The notes below the pieces were generated by a model. The model searched no databases. It was not told where the DNA came from and was given only the letters and a program-made list of their open reading frames with translations. Below, in pieces: positions 40,186 to 51,095 of a stretch of 54,497 nucleotides of DNA. Source of the DNA: Octopus sinensis (lineage: Eukaryota); NCBI RefSeq assembly GCF_006345805.1, contig NW_021833824.1:1-54497 (forward strand). Direction: 5' to 3'. Every line of letters starts with the position of its first letter. Position 1 is the stretch's first letter. Position numbers and translations under genes: made by a program.

Positions 40186-41059
40186 GCTTGTCAGTTGTTT
40201 GACCTTAACCAGTTGAGCATGTTCTTTGGTGGCTGACGATACGTGCAGCTCTGATCACGAACAGAAGTAGTAGGGGAACATCATAGCCATGTGCCGAGAG
40301 GGGTGTTTCGTTCAACTTCTTTAAACAACCCTTAATAAAGGACCATTTGAGCTGGATGGGCTACTCGACCTGAAGAAAATTCTAACTGGGCCCCAATGCA
40401 AGGTCATGCGCTGTTTATCTTGATATGAGATCACCATGTCACTGAGCTTCACCTCCGCTCATTGTTCATCCGCTTCTATTCTTTACCTGACGATGTAATA
40501 GTTACTGGAAGGAGATATTTGAGCTTCATGCTAGTCGATTTCTGGAACTGAGGGCTATGCTAGCATTTCGGCCATCCTCAGAGCTGAGACTGGAAGTGAA
40601 ATCAGTGATACAGCTCGTGTTGCTCTGAAAACAAAAACTTTGGGGTCAGCTGTTTTACTGGCTCTGCTATTCTCTGTTTCTCTGCGGTTTTTTTTCTCAG
40701 TTTTTTCTAAACAGGTCCTCATATGCACACTTACTTGTACATGACTAGTATTTAGGCTTTCTTCTTTGCATTACTAGTCGCATGGCCTTTTCTTCCGCGC
40801 TGTCGACGAGAAACCACACCGAGAAAATGTTCCGTAGTCTTCGGACGCCATTAGGTCCGGTATACGTATTATGACACATTTGTTGTTCTAGTTACCTCTG
40901 AACTAGCTAGCTGCCCTGTTGTGCCACAAGGGAGACGGTGGGTAAGAGGAAAGTAGTTACCGGCATCCTTCACCTTGTTCTTCGTACGCATATTCCCAAA
41001 TATTGAATATCTATGAGCAGGGCGCTTGCTCACAAATACACATACATGTATAAATGTGT

Positions 41060-41215
41060 ATATCTCCCTGTTTCTTTCTGAGTTCCTTTCTGTGGAAGAG
41101 CGTAAGCTCGAAACCTTAAAGACTTTTTTCATTTCCCGAAATTTAAACTAATACATCTGTTTGTTGTTTACACCACATGTCTTCGTCTTTTGTTTTTTGT
41201 GAATTCTCCCTGTAT
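41060..41215 (+). mobile_element. Probable Penelope pLTR 3' fragment with HHR-like variant
   Basis: CTGTGGAA-GAGC-GTAA-GCTC-GAAAC motif; T-rich end followed by TA/CA repeats; homologous to 27733-27825. Confidence 0.5.
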
Positions 41216-41923
41216 ACACACACACACGTATATATATATATATATATAGTATGAAAATTTTGGGTGTGTGGTAGCGATTGTGTGTGTATACAGAGTATTT
41301 CGATCTCAAAAGGGAAAATTGCATAAACGTCAGAAAATAATATTTTCATAAACTTTTTAATAACTTTGCTTGAAGCGCCAATCAATTCTTGCCTAATTAG
41401 TATGAAATTACAAAATTTTATTTGAGAATTTAATATTAAAATATAATTAAACTTAATTTATCAATTCTGTAGAAAAATAAACAAGGAATATTCATAGTCA
41501 CGCGGTATTCAGTCAAGGGTAGCCGAAGGAAATTTTTAAGTAGGCACCAGATCAGCAAGAAATAATAGCCAAATTTCTCTCAAGTTACAATCTTTGGTAT
41601 TAGAAGAGGAAAGATTTATTAGAAAATGCGGTCCTGTGTCAGAATTAAAAAATAATACGAGATGGACACGGATGGAACATCATTGATCAATAGGTTTTTT
41701 GGACTATAGGTGCTCTGAGACATGCAGCAAAGAAAACAAAAATGGTAGCGAAAACATCGTGAAGTAGGAGCATGAATAAGAGATTGTTCCTTCAGGACTT
41801 TGATATAAAAAGTCAAACAAGCACTCCGTCGGTTACGACGACGAGTATTTCAGTTAATCCGAACAACGGAATAGCCTGCTCGTGAGATTAACGCACACGT
41901 GGCTGAGTGCTCCACAGACACGT

Positions 41924-42190
41924 AATACGAGGTACAAAGACTTAATAAAGGAACATGGAGTGGATACATTAAGGGACACACCTTATAAATGATGAAAGGA
42001 AGAAATGGAGCTGCTTGGTGAGGCAAGTACTCCATTTTCATATTCATTTCATTGTTATCATGCATGTAAAACATGCATTTTTAATTTTAATTTTTATGTT
42101 TATTTATTTGTCTGTGTTATTTTTGTATGTCCCCACATGCGTTGTACTAATATCTGTGTATACCCTTTATTGGAAATAAAGAAATAAGAA
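41924..42190 (+). mobile_element. 3' part of a second ORF1-only element, preceded by a SINE B tail (41819-41923, minus strand)
   Basis: NTRYKDLIKEHGVDTLRDTPYK* plus 3' UTR homologous to 44020-44286. Confidence 0.75.
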
Positions 42191-42324
42191 TCGTTAGCAC
42201 GCCGAACGAAAGAGTCGTGTCTTTTTCCTTAGTAAGAGTCTACTGTAAAATTTGTGTTGTTTTGTGCTGTTTTGCAGCGGTTTTCTGGTGGTGCTTTCTC
42301 TCCGCTTTAGAGTTAACCGTCACA

Positions 42325-44076
42325 ATGGCAAAGAATATGTTTTATTCGGACCTTAGTGGTTCGGAATTGTCCTCTTCGGAGGAAGAACTTATAATGGCTG
42401 CAGGTAGGATGGATAAATGCTTGAGGGAAAAGAGTGTTGCAGAAGTGACGGAGGAAAAAAAAAAGTGATCGACTTGACAAATATAGAAAAGGATGGAAGA
42501 ATGGCCCATAGAGTGGGGTGGCGTTAAGTTGCCACCACCCCAGAAGGTATTGGATGAAATTAACAGGAAAACCTTAGTTTATAAGGTATACTATGTAAAA
42601 GAGAGGAACATAGAACACGTGAAAGCTGAAGAAATAGAGAAGGCTTTAAGTACGGTATGGCAAGATATAACATATCTTGCAAGAGGCAATAAATATGGAA
42701 CAATTGTGGTCCATTTTAGGACAGAAGACATAGCAAGGAAACATGCCACAACTACAGTGAAAGCAGATAAAGTGGTCCTTCTACCCACTTACCTTGGAAG
42801 AAGGACTTCCAAGATTAGGGTAGAAGAAATCCCGCCGGACATAGATGTGGCTTGGGTTGTTGCGGCTCTCCTTCTTGATAGTAAGGAGGAAATAGCCGCC
42901 GTCCTCCAAGCCACAGAAATAGAAGGGGCGACGTGGAAAGGAAAGACGTTAGACCTTATTGTCCAAGCCGAAATGGAAACCTTGGTAAAGACGGTGACGG
43001 TCGGTTATACGATTCTGAGAGTGTGGGTGGAGGGAAGAATCCCTCGTTGTTTTAAGTGTGGCCAGAAGGGTCACATTAGGGCATACTGCCCTATACAAAA
43101 AAGAACAATTTAGGAAAAAGAAGAAAAAGAGCCGGAGAAAAAAAAACAAGAGGAAACACAAAAGGACGAAAAGGAAAAGGAAGAATTATGGACATTAGCC
43201 GAAGGAAGAAGGAAAAAGAGGAAGAAAAGACAGTGTAAAATGGAACCCCAAACCATCCCCACCCCACCCATATCCTCTCAGTCCCACCCTCTCCCCGCAA
43301 ACACCAAATCCACCTATTCCCATCCTTTACAAAGCAAAAAAGGAAAGAAGGCAAACAAACAATCCAAGATATACAAAACCCCACTCCCCGTGAAAATAGT
43401 TACGCGTGTATGTTAAGGGAAGAAGCAGAAAAGGAACGGATTAACGAGGTTAAAGAATGGAGGACGGCAAAAATTGCTAATGTGGAAGGCTGCACAAACA
43501 TTGTTGGATGGCGCATCATGTGTGTGCTAGTTTCTCAAAGTCAAAAAGATGTTATAACAAAATATAAAAAAAGGAAATAAATGTTGGGGGTTAAACGCGG
43601 ACATCAAAAGGGCACCGGACAATGTGAGGTATTGGAAGCACTCCGTCGGTTACGACGACGAGGGTTCCGGTTGATCCGAATCAACGGAACAGCCTGCTCG
43701 TGAAATTAACGTGTAAGTGGCTGAGCACTCCACAGACACGTGCAACCTTAACGTAGTTCTCGGGGATATTCAGCGTGACACAGAGAGTGACAAGGCCGGC
43801 CCTTTGAAATACAGGTACAACAGAAACAGGAAGTAAGAGTGAGAGAAAGTTGTGGTGAAGGAGTACAGCAGGGATCGCCTCCATCCCCTGCCGGAGCCTC
43901 GTGGACCTTTTAGGTGTTTTCGCTCAATAAACACTCACAACGCCCGGTCTGGGAATCGAAACCGCGATCCTACGACCGCGAGTCCGCTGCCCTAACCACT
44001 GGGCCATTGCGCCTCCTCTAATGTGAGGTATAAAGAACTCATAAAGGAGTACGGACAGGACATCATGAAGGCCTGA
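42325..44076 (+). pseudogene. LINE ORF1 (gag-like CCHC zinc knuckle), frameshifted and SINE-interrupted
   Basis: ORF 42493-43113 contains CFKCGQKGHIRAYC; after removing SINE B the frame reads DIKRAPDNVRYKELIKEYGQDIMKA*. Confidence 0.75.
43633..44016 (-). mobile_element. SINE family B with 12-bp TSD
   Basis: AATGTGAGGTAT at 43621-43632 and 44020-44031. Confidence 0.9.
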
Positions 44077-44286
44077 CCGTATAAAGGATGAAAGGAAGTA
44101 AATGGTACTGCTTGAGTGGGGCATGTCGCTCATTTTCATTATCATTTTAATTGCATCATTCATGCATATCATACGTTTACTTTTGATTTTTTTGTTTTAT
44201 TTATTTGTTCGTTTTTATATATCCCCACATGTGTTTTGTATTGTCCCCTCTTTGTTGGCCCCTTGTGGGCAATTAAAATTAAAGAA

Positions 44287-44900
44287 TCGTTAGCACGCTG
44301 GGCGGAATGCTTAGCGACATTTCGTCTGTCTTTACGTTCTGAGTTCAAATTCCTCCGAGGTCGACTTTGCCTTTCATCATTTCGAGGTCCATAAAATAAG
44401 TACCAGTTACGCACTGGGGTTGATATAATCGACTTAATCCGTTTGTCTGTCCTTGTTTGTCCTCTCTGTGTTTAGCCCCTTGTGGGTAGTAAAGAAATAG
44501 GTATTTTGTCTACCGTTACGTTCTGAGTTCAAATTCCGCCTAGGTCGACTTTGCCTTTCATCATTTAGGGGTCGATAAAATAAGTATTAGTTCAGTACTG
44601 GGCTCGATGCAATCGACTTAACCCCACCCCTGAAATTCCTAGCCTTGTGTCAAAATTTGAAATCAATTTAAAGGGCTACTAATGTGACGCGCTAGCAGAA
44701 TCGTTAGCATGCCGGGCGGAATGCTTAGCGACATTTCGTACTCCCTTTACGTTCTGAGTTCAAATTCCGCCGAGGTCGACTTTGCCTTTTAACCATCAGG
44801 ATGAATAAAATAGGTATCAGTTGTGTATTGGGGTCGATGTAATCGACTTAACTCATTCAAAGTAATTGTTGGCCGTGTGCCAAACTTTCAAATTAATATA
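44287..44900 (+). mobile_element. SINE A cluster (three cores)
   Basis: GAGTTCAAATTC...GGTCGACTTTGCC three times; site-2 junction near 44500. Confidence 0.85.
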
Positions 44901-45151
44901 AAGGGCTACCACAATGACAGAACCCCCGATGAACCAACTTACCAACACGATTGCAGTTTCTCATTAAGACAGCCATTGATTAAATAACCAGCATTTCAAG
45001 ATATATTCATTAACAGAAAATTTGTTCGCCACACCCCAAGCGAAAGGAGAAGTAATTTATTTAATTAATACTTGTTTATGTTTCTTCCAACATTTCTGCG
45101 GTTTTCATTTACCAAATCAATTCTTAAGGGATATTAGTCGGTCTGCAACAA

Positions 45152-45341
45152 TATTCTTTTCTACTCTAGGAACAAGGCCCGAAATTTTGGGGGAGGGGGC
45201 CAGTCGATTAAATCAACCCCAGTACGCAATTGGTACTTAATTTATCAAAACCGAAAGGATGAAAGGCAAAGTCGACCTCGGCGGAATTTGAACTCAGAAC
45301 GTAAAGACAGACGTCCTAACGTTTCTGCCAGCTCGCTGCCT
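45152..45341 (-). mobile_element. SINE family A
   Basis: Short-tail form with a small internal deletion. Confidence 0.8.
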
Positions 45342-45869
45342 TGGTCTGCAACTATATGAGAAAACACTTAGCCAAGATGCCGTGCAGTAGGATTGAACCT
45401 GTATACATGCCAATCATGAAGCTAGGTTTGCAACAATACGAAATTTTATATACTTTTGCTGATTCTTTTGTTTTGCTATTTATTCTCTTTTTGTGTATGG
45501 TTCTTAGATTTTAATATTTTCGTTTCGTTTCGGGTTGTGAATTTTTATCATTTTTCTGAGTTTTTTTTTTTTCTTTTTTTTATCATCAATTTCTTGTCTG
45601 AACAGATGTTTTATTTATTTTCTGGGATATTTATATTTATTTATTTTGTTTAGCATTTTGTTCCTGGATATTTCTAACAACGAAATATTCGGCTAATTAA
45701 TTATAGCAAACTTTCAAGCTCATCAAGTTTACAATATTTAATTACCAACAGGAGGCGATGGTTCGGGAAGAAAAATCGATAGAACAACATCGGATTAAAT
45801 AGCCTGCAGTATTCGATAACATTTCTATAAGTTCTGAGATCAAATCCAGCTGAGGTCTCCCTTAATAAT

Positions 45870-46262
45870 TATTTCAAATTTTTGCCTCAAGGACAGCTTT
45901 ATGGAGGTGGAAATGTGTCGATTACATTGACCCCAGTGTTCAACTGGTATTTATTTTATAGGCCCCGAAAGAATGAAAACCAAAGTCGACCTCGGCGGAA
46001 TTTGAACTCAGAATGTAGTAGTAGACGAAATAATTATTTCTTTACTACCCACAAGGGGCTAAACACAGAGAGGACAAACAAGGACAGACAAACGGATTAA
46101 GTCGATTACATCGACCCCAGTGCGTAACTGGTACTTATTTAATCGACCCCGAAAGGATGAAAGGCAAAGTCGACCTCGGCAGAATTTGAACCCAGAACGT
46201 AGCGGCAGACGAAATAACGTTAAGCATTTCGCCCGGCGGGTTAACGATCCTTCCGGTTCGCT
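45870..46262 (-). mobile_element. SINE A dimer abutting the HHR array
   Basis: Two cores; site-2 junction near 46032. Confidence 0.8.
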
Positions 46263-46730
46263 GACGAGGAGAAAATTCTTATGAATTAACTCTAAAATCG
46301 GGGCCGATGCGATAATAACGGAATTTTTTAGAAATTTCTGTCGGCTTACTTCGAGACACGTGCTTATAGTGATGAATTATATGGTTATTGACGATTTAAG
46401 TCTATTTTCGGCATATTTGGCATTAGAATTTTTTCTTTTGCCCTTGTTTTTAAGTTGTTTATAAATTTAACCTTTAAAGGTATTTTCTAATATGCTGGCC
46501 ATTGATAGAATTTATTTCGAAAAATTTTATCCTATTTTAGATGTAAATTTAATACTATTCAATTCCGGACTTTCACACTCTATGAGAATTTTCAGTCCGA
46601 TCACACGTGTCTCGGAGTGTGCAATAGAATTTCTATTTTGGATACATTTGGGGTACTTAAGTGTACTCATGACTTAGTGTTTGCTTCTTCCATGGGTATA
46701 AGTAAGTATTTCATTTATTTATTACCGTAT

Positions 46731-46791
46731 TTATCGCTGACGAGGAGAAAATTTTTATGAATTAACTCTGAAATCGGAGCCGATGCGATAA
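46731..46791 (+). ncRNA. Hammerhead motif, monomer 2 (G at cleavage position 17)
   Basis: TTATCG-CTGACGA-GGAG...CTCT-GAAA-TCGG-AG-CCGA-TG-CGATAA. Confidence 0.75.
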
Positions 46792-47208
46792 TAATGGAAT
46801 TTTTTAGAAATTTCTGTCGGTTTACTTCGAGACACGCGCTTATAGTGATGAATTATATGGTTATTGACGATTTAAGTCTATTTTCAGCATATTTGGCATT
46901 AGAATTTTTTTTCTTTTGCCCTTGTTTATAAGTTGTTTATAAATTTAACCTTTAAAGGTAATTTTTAATATGCTGGCCATTGATAGAATTTATTTCGAAA
47001 AATTTTATCCTATTTTAGATGTAAATTTAATACTATTCAATTCCGGACTTTCACACTCTATGAGAATTTTCAGTCCGATCACACGTGTCTCGGAGTGTGC
47101 AATAGAATTTCTATTTTGGATACATTTGGGGTACTTAAGTGTACTCATGACTTAGTGTTTGCTTCTTCCATGGGTATAAGTAAGTATTTCATTTATTTAT
47201 TACCGTAT

Positions 47209-47269
47209 TTATCGCTGACGAGGAGAAAATTTTTATGAATTAACTCTGAAATCGGGGCCGATACGATAA
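47209..47269 (+). ncRNA. Type I hammerhead ribozyme, monomer 3 (intact)
   Basis: TTATCG-CTGACGA-GGAG...CTCT-GAAA-TCGG-GG-CCGA-TA-CGATAA; predicted cleavage after A47263. Confidence 0.88.
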
Positions 47270-47954
47270 TAACGGAATTTTTTAGAAATTTCTGTCGGTT
47301 TACTTCGAGACACGTGCTTATAGTGATGAATTATATGGTTATTGACGATTTAAGTCTATTTTCGGCATATTTGGCATCAGAATTGTTTTCTTTTGCCCTT
47401 GTTTTTAAGTTGTTTATAAATTTAACCTTTAAAGGTAATTTTTAATATGCTGGCCATTGATAGAATGTTATCCTATATTAGATGTATATATACATATATA
47501 TATATATGTTCCTTCTCGTGATATATTAGCAACACAAATATTCGCTCATTTAATAGTTTAGTGAAACACAATTATTCATATTAAGGTATCTGTATAAAAT
47601 TAAACATCTACATGCGTTAAACAAGTTTCTCTATGTTCCTAGTCAAGTATGATATGTTAAATATTAGTTAAATATAACATGTTCCTTGTCAATATACTTG
47701 AATTTTTTCATAGCTGAAGATAGATGGATATTTCATGAGAAGCTCTTGGATTTCAAATGGCTTGAGAGGACTAACGACCTATGGATAAATGGCAAATAAC
47801 ACTTCGTAAATTTTGTACAAAATCGACTCTCCCCTTCCCAGTATTTCAGGCCTTGCGCCTATAAAAGAAAGGATTATTATGATTATATCCATCTGAGGTC
47901 GAACTTTGCTTTTCATCCAAATAAATGCCAGGCAAGTACTAAGATTGATATAAT

Positions 47955-48588
47955 AGTTTCAAATTTTGACACGAGGCCCGCAATTTTAAGAGAAAGGGTT
48001 AGTCCAGTAGTTCCCAAACTATTCACGACCAAGAATCCCTTTTATTTAAATTATTTTTCCCACGGACCCCTTTAAATAATGCTTATTCTTATATATATAT
48101 ATATCTATATATATATAAGAAATTTTGAATTTAGTTCACGGACTCCCAATACTATATTTGCGAACCGCCAGGAGTTTGAGGACTACAGGCTGGGAACCAC
48201 GGGGTTAGTCGATTACTTAAACCCCAGTGCTCAATAGGTACTTGCTTTGTTGACCCCCAGAAAGATGGAAGGTAAAATCGATCTCGGTGGAACTTGAACT
48301 CAGAACGTAAAACCGGAAGAAATACCTCTAATCGTTTTATCCGAGGTGCTAACGATTCTTATTCCTTTATTGCCCACAAGAGGCTAAACATAGAGGGGAC
48401 AAACAAGGACAGATAAAGGGGTTAAGTCGATTACATCGACCCAAGTGCGTATCTGGTACTTAATTTATCGACCCCGAATGGATGAAAGGCAAAGTCGACC
48501 TCGGCGGAATTTGAACCCAGAACGTAGCAGCGGACGGAATACCGCTAAGCATTTCGCCCGGCGTGCTAACGTTTTTGCCAGCCCGCCG
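47955..48588 (-). mobile_element. SINE A dimer interrupted by a hAT MITE
   Basis: Site-1 junction near 48356. Confidence 0.8.
48005..48202. mobile_element. hAT-type MITE with 8-bp TSD
   Basis: TIRs CAGTAGTTCCCA and TGGGAACCACGG; GGTTAGTC at 47997-48004 and 48203-48210. Confidence 0.88.
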
Positions 48589-49190
48589 CGTTTAATGTTA
48601 GTATTATCGATTGTCTTTCTACCCGAATTTGTGGCTGTATACTTATATTAGTCATCATTGTTTAATTACTGCCAACTTTCTTAATTAGATTCTAGTAAGA
48701 CAAAACTACTAAAGAAAGACAAATTACAAAATCAAACGCAAATCAAAGATCGTTTTTGTTGTATGATGAATGGTAACTAACTGCTATCAAATAAATGGCT
48801 GATTTCGATTGTTTTATATTCATTTACTTCATTTATTCTTTTATTAGTTTATTTGTTTCAGCTTTTGGAGTGCGGCCATACTGGCGCCGTGCCATGAATC
48901 AAATCGACCCAGGTACTAATTTATTTTTGCAAACTTGGTTCTTATTTTATTGGGTTGTATTTGCTTAAGGGTTATATTATGGGGACGTAAACAAATCAAC
49001 GTCAGTTGTCAAACGGTGAGACACAAATAAAACAGACACGTACACACAGGCATGCACGCTCGCGCATATTTTCTCATCGTCAGGAAGATAAAATAGAAGA
49101 CACTTGCTCGAGATGCAGCGGTGTGGGTCTCAACCCAGAACTACGTGGATGTGAAGGGCATATCTTAAAAACAGAGCTACACGGGCATCA

Positions 49191-49266
<76 letters not shown>

Positions 49267-49270
<4 letters not shown>

Positions 49271-49555
49271 AGGCGCAATGGCCTAGTGGTTAGGGCAGCG
49301 GACTCGCAGTTTCGATTCTCAGACCGGGCGTTGTGAGTGTTTATTGAGTGAAAACACCTTAAAAGCTCCACGAGGTTCCGGCAGGGGGTTGTGGCGATCC
49401 CTGCTGTACTCTTTCGCCACAACATTCTCTCACTCTTTCTTCTGTTGGCGTGCTCGCTTAGCGTCATTTGAAGGCTAAAAAACAATGCGAAGCGCATTGT
49501 GACCAGCGATGTGTAGAAACATCTGATAGCCTGGTCGGTCACGGTGATCACGGTG

Positions 49556-49558
<3 letters not shown>
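49267..49558 (+). mobile_element. SINE B head with an alternative tail
   Basis: GGAGGCGCAATGGCCTAGTGG head; tail ends GGTCACGGTGATCACGGTGATA. Confidence 0.75.
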
Positions 49559-49586
<28 letters not shown>

Positions 49587-49603
49587 CATATATGTATGTA
49601 TGC

Positions 49604-49636
<33 letters not shown>

Positions 49637-49699
49637 TGTATGTATGTATGTATGTATGTATGTATGTATGTATGTATGTATGTATGTATATGTGTGTGT

Positions 49700-50310
49700 G
49701 TTTTGCAAAGACCTTGCACATCCAGGTGCTACCAATCGAAAGCTCCGCATACTGGATGCCAGCAAGTGTACGGGGTCATCAGGAGAGAATGCGCGCCGTT
49801 TCGGCGCCTACCTCTCGACGGTATCATTGCGCACCGTCCCTGAAATGAGGACCCGCTTGCTAGATAACTGGTTATCAGATATAGCTCAATATTCTTCTAG
49901 CCATTACTCATCCTCTCTTTTTAACCAAATCTAGTAGCTTGCTTTTTACACTATTGTTTGGATATCACTCATGGGTGGTGTTTGTTTTACGATGAGTTAT
50001 GCCTAACGATAATAGTCGCCTCATACTGTGTCCAACGAATCCTTTACATCTGACTTCGATTGGAAAATGATCTGCCTTCCAGCCTGCGTCTTCACATTCC
50101 TCTAGGAGGTTTACATAACGGTCAATCCTTCGAGCCCGAGCAGTGTCCATGTTATCTTCATGTCATCTTCATGCAACCGCCATATGTCGGTGTGTAAGTG
50201 AAGACAAGATGCCATTAGTCTCTGCTTCTGCTTTCCACTTCTTGGCTGTTTTTACATCTTGTGGATTACGTCCGATTTTCATATCATTTTTATATGGAAA
50301 CGAGTTGGGT
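49700..50310 (-). mobile_element. Hero/NeSL-type RLE LINE 3' fragment
   Basis: EDNMDTARARRIDRYVNLLEECEDAGWKADHFPIEVRCKGFVG (RLE motif, cf. PxEVGCRGF), KASY*IWLKR, 3' UTR ending at (CA)n. Confidence 0.78.
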
Positions 50311-50369
50311 TAACAATCCGGAAAAGTAGTTATGAGATGCACTATTATAAAATTTGTTGAAACGAGATG

Positions 50370-50765
50370 GACAGACGCAAGCTTGGCTGTGTTGTTAAGA
50401 GGGTTGCTTCGCATCTGCCTGGTTTCGGGTTCAGTCCCACTGGGCAAGTTTTTTCTACTTTATCCCCGATCCAACCAATTATTTTGTGTGCGAATTTGGT
50501 GGGCGAAAACTGTGTTGAAGCAAGTCGTATATGTGATTGTGTCTCTGTGTGTGTATTTGTATTTGTCTTTCATACCCTCATCTTGACGACCCATGTTGGT
50601 TTGTGCTCGTCCCCGTAACTTAGCGTTTCGACAAAAGACGCGATAGAATAAGTACCAGACTTTTTTTTTAAACTCCCTCAAGCAATTTTGCTCGACTAAA
50701 CCTTTCAAGGCGATACTGTTGTATGGCCGCAGTCCAATGACTATAACATGCTAAAGATAAGAAAA
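50370..50765 (+). mobile_element. Diverged SINE C
   Basis: GGGTTCAGTCCCACTGGGCAAG...CGTCCCCGTAACTTAGCG...GATAGAATAAGTACCAG. Confidence 0.7.
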
Positions 50766-50809
50766 ACAAACCAAAATTCTAAGCTACGCGGAGTACTCCT
50801 TTATAATGT

Positions 50810-51095
50810 TTGTTCCTTCTCGAGCCACGCCTGGGTCATAGTGCCGGTTTCCCGGTTTCTTTGGCGTATAGGTTTCCCACCTGGACGGGACGTCAGTCCG
50901 TCGCAGGTGAGCTGCAACATACAGGAGGAAAGAATGAGAGCAAGTTGTGGCGAAAGAGTCAGCAGAGGTTCGCCATTACCGCGTGGAGCTTAGGTGTTTC
51001 GCTCATAAACACACACATCGCCCAGTTTGAGATTCCAGCCCGCGATCCCTCGACCGCGAGTCCGCTGCTCTAACCACTAGAGCTATGTGCCTCCA
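50810..51095 (-). mobile_element. SINE B head with V-domain-like tail
   Basis: Head like family B; tail CCTGCGACGGACTGACGTCCCGTCCAGG like 1995-2090. Confidence 0.7.

Larger units (their letters stand above)
42212..44286 (+). mobile_element. ORF1-only (HAL1-like) non-LTR element inserted in a SINE A head
   Basis: 5' UTR, zinc-knuckle ORF1, 3' UTR, Tx1-like tail; flanking imperfect 21-bp duplication 42191-42211 and 44287-44307. Confidence 0.75.
46259..47487 (+). mobile_element. Retrozyme-like tandem array: about 2.6 near-identical 478-bp monomers, each with a hammerhead motif
   Basis: CTGACGA cores at 46261, 46737 and 47215; identical 61-aa ORFs at 46492 and 46970 give a 478-bp period; ends in (TA)n. 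Confidence 0.85.

Noticed and set aside
40190-41040. Complex sequence next to the Tx1-like fragment
   Set aside because: Could not assign it to a gene or repeat family from sequence alone
46492-47155. Duplicated 61-aa ORF (MLAIDRIYF...)
   Set aside because: By-product of the tandem monomer; it crosses the element's 3' end and is not kept in the 5.1-kb relative
49770-49835. GAAAC...CTGATGA on the minus strand as a permuted hammerhead
   Set aside because: Stem II cannot form; it lies in the Hero-type 3' UTR
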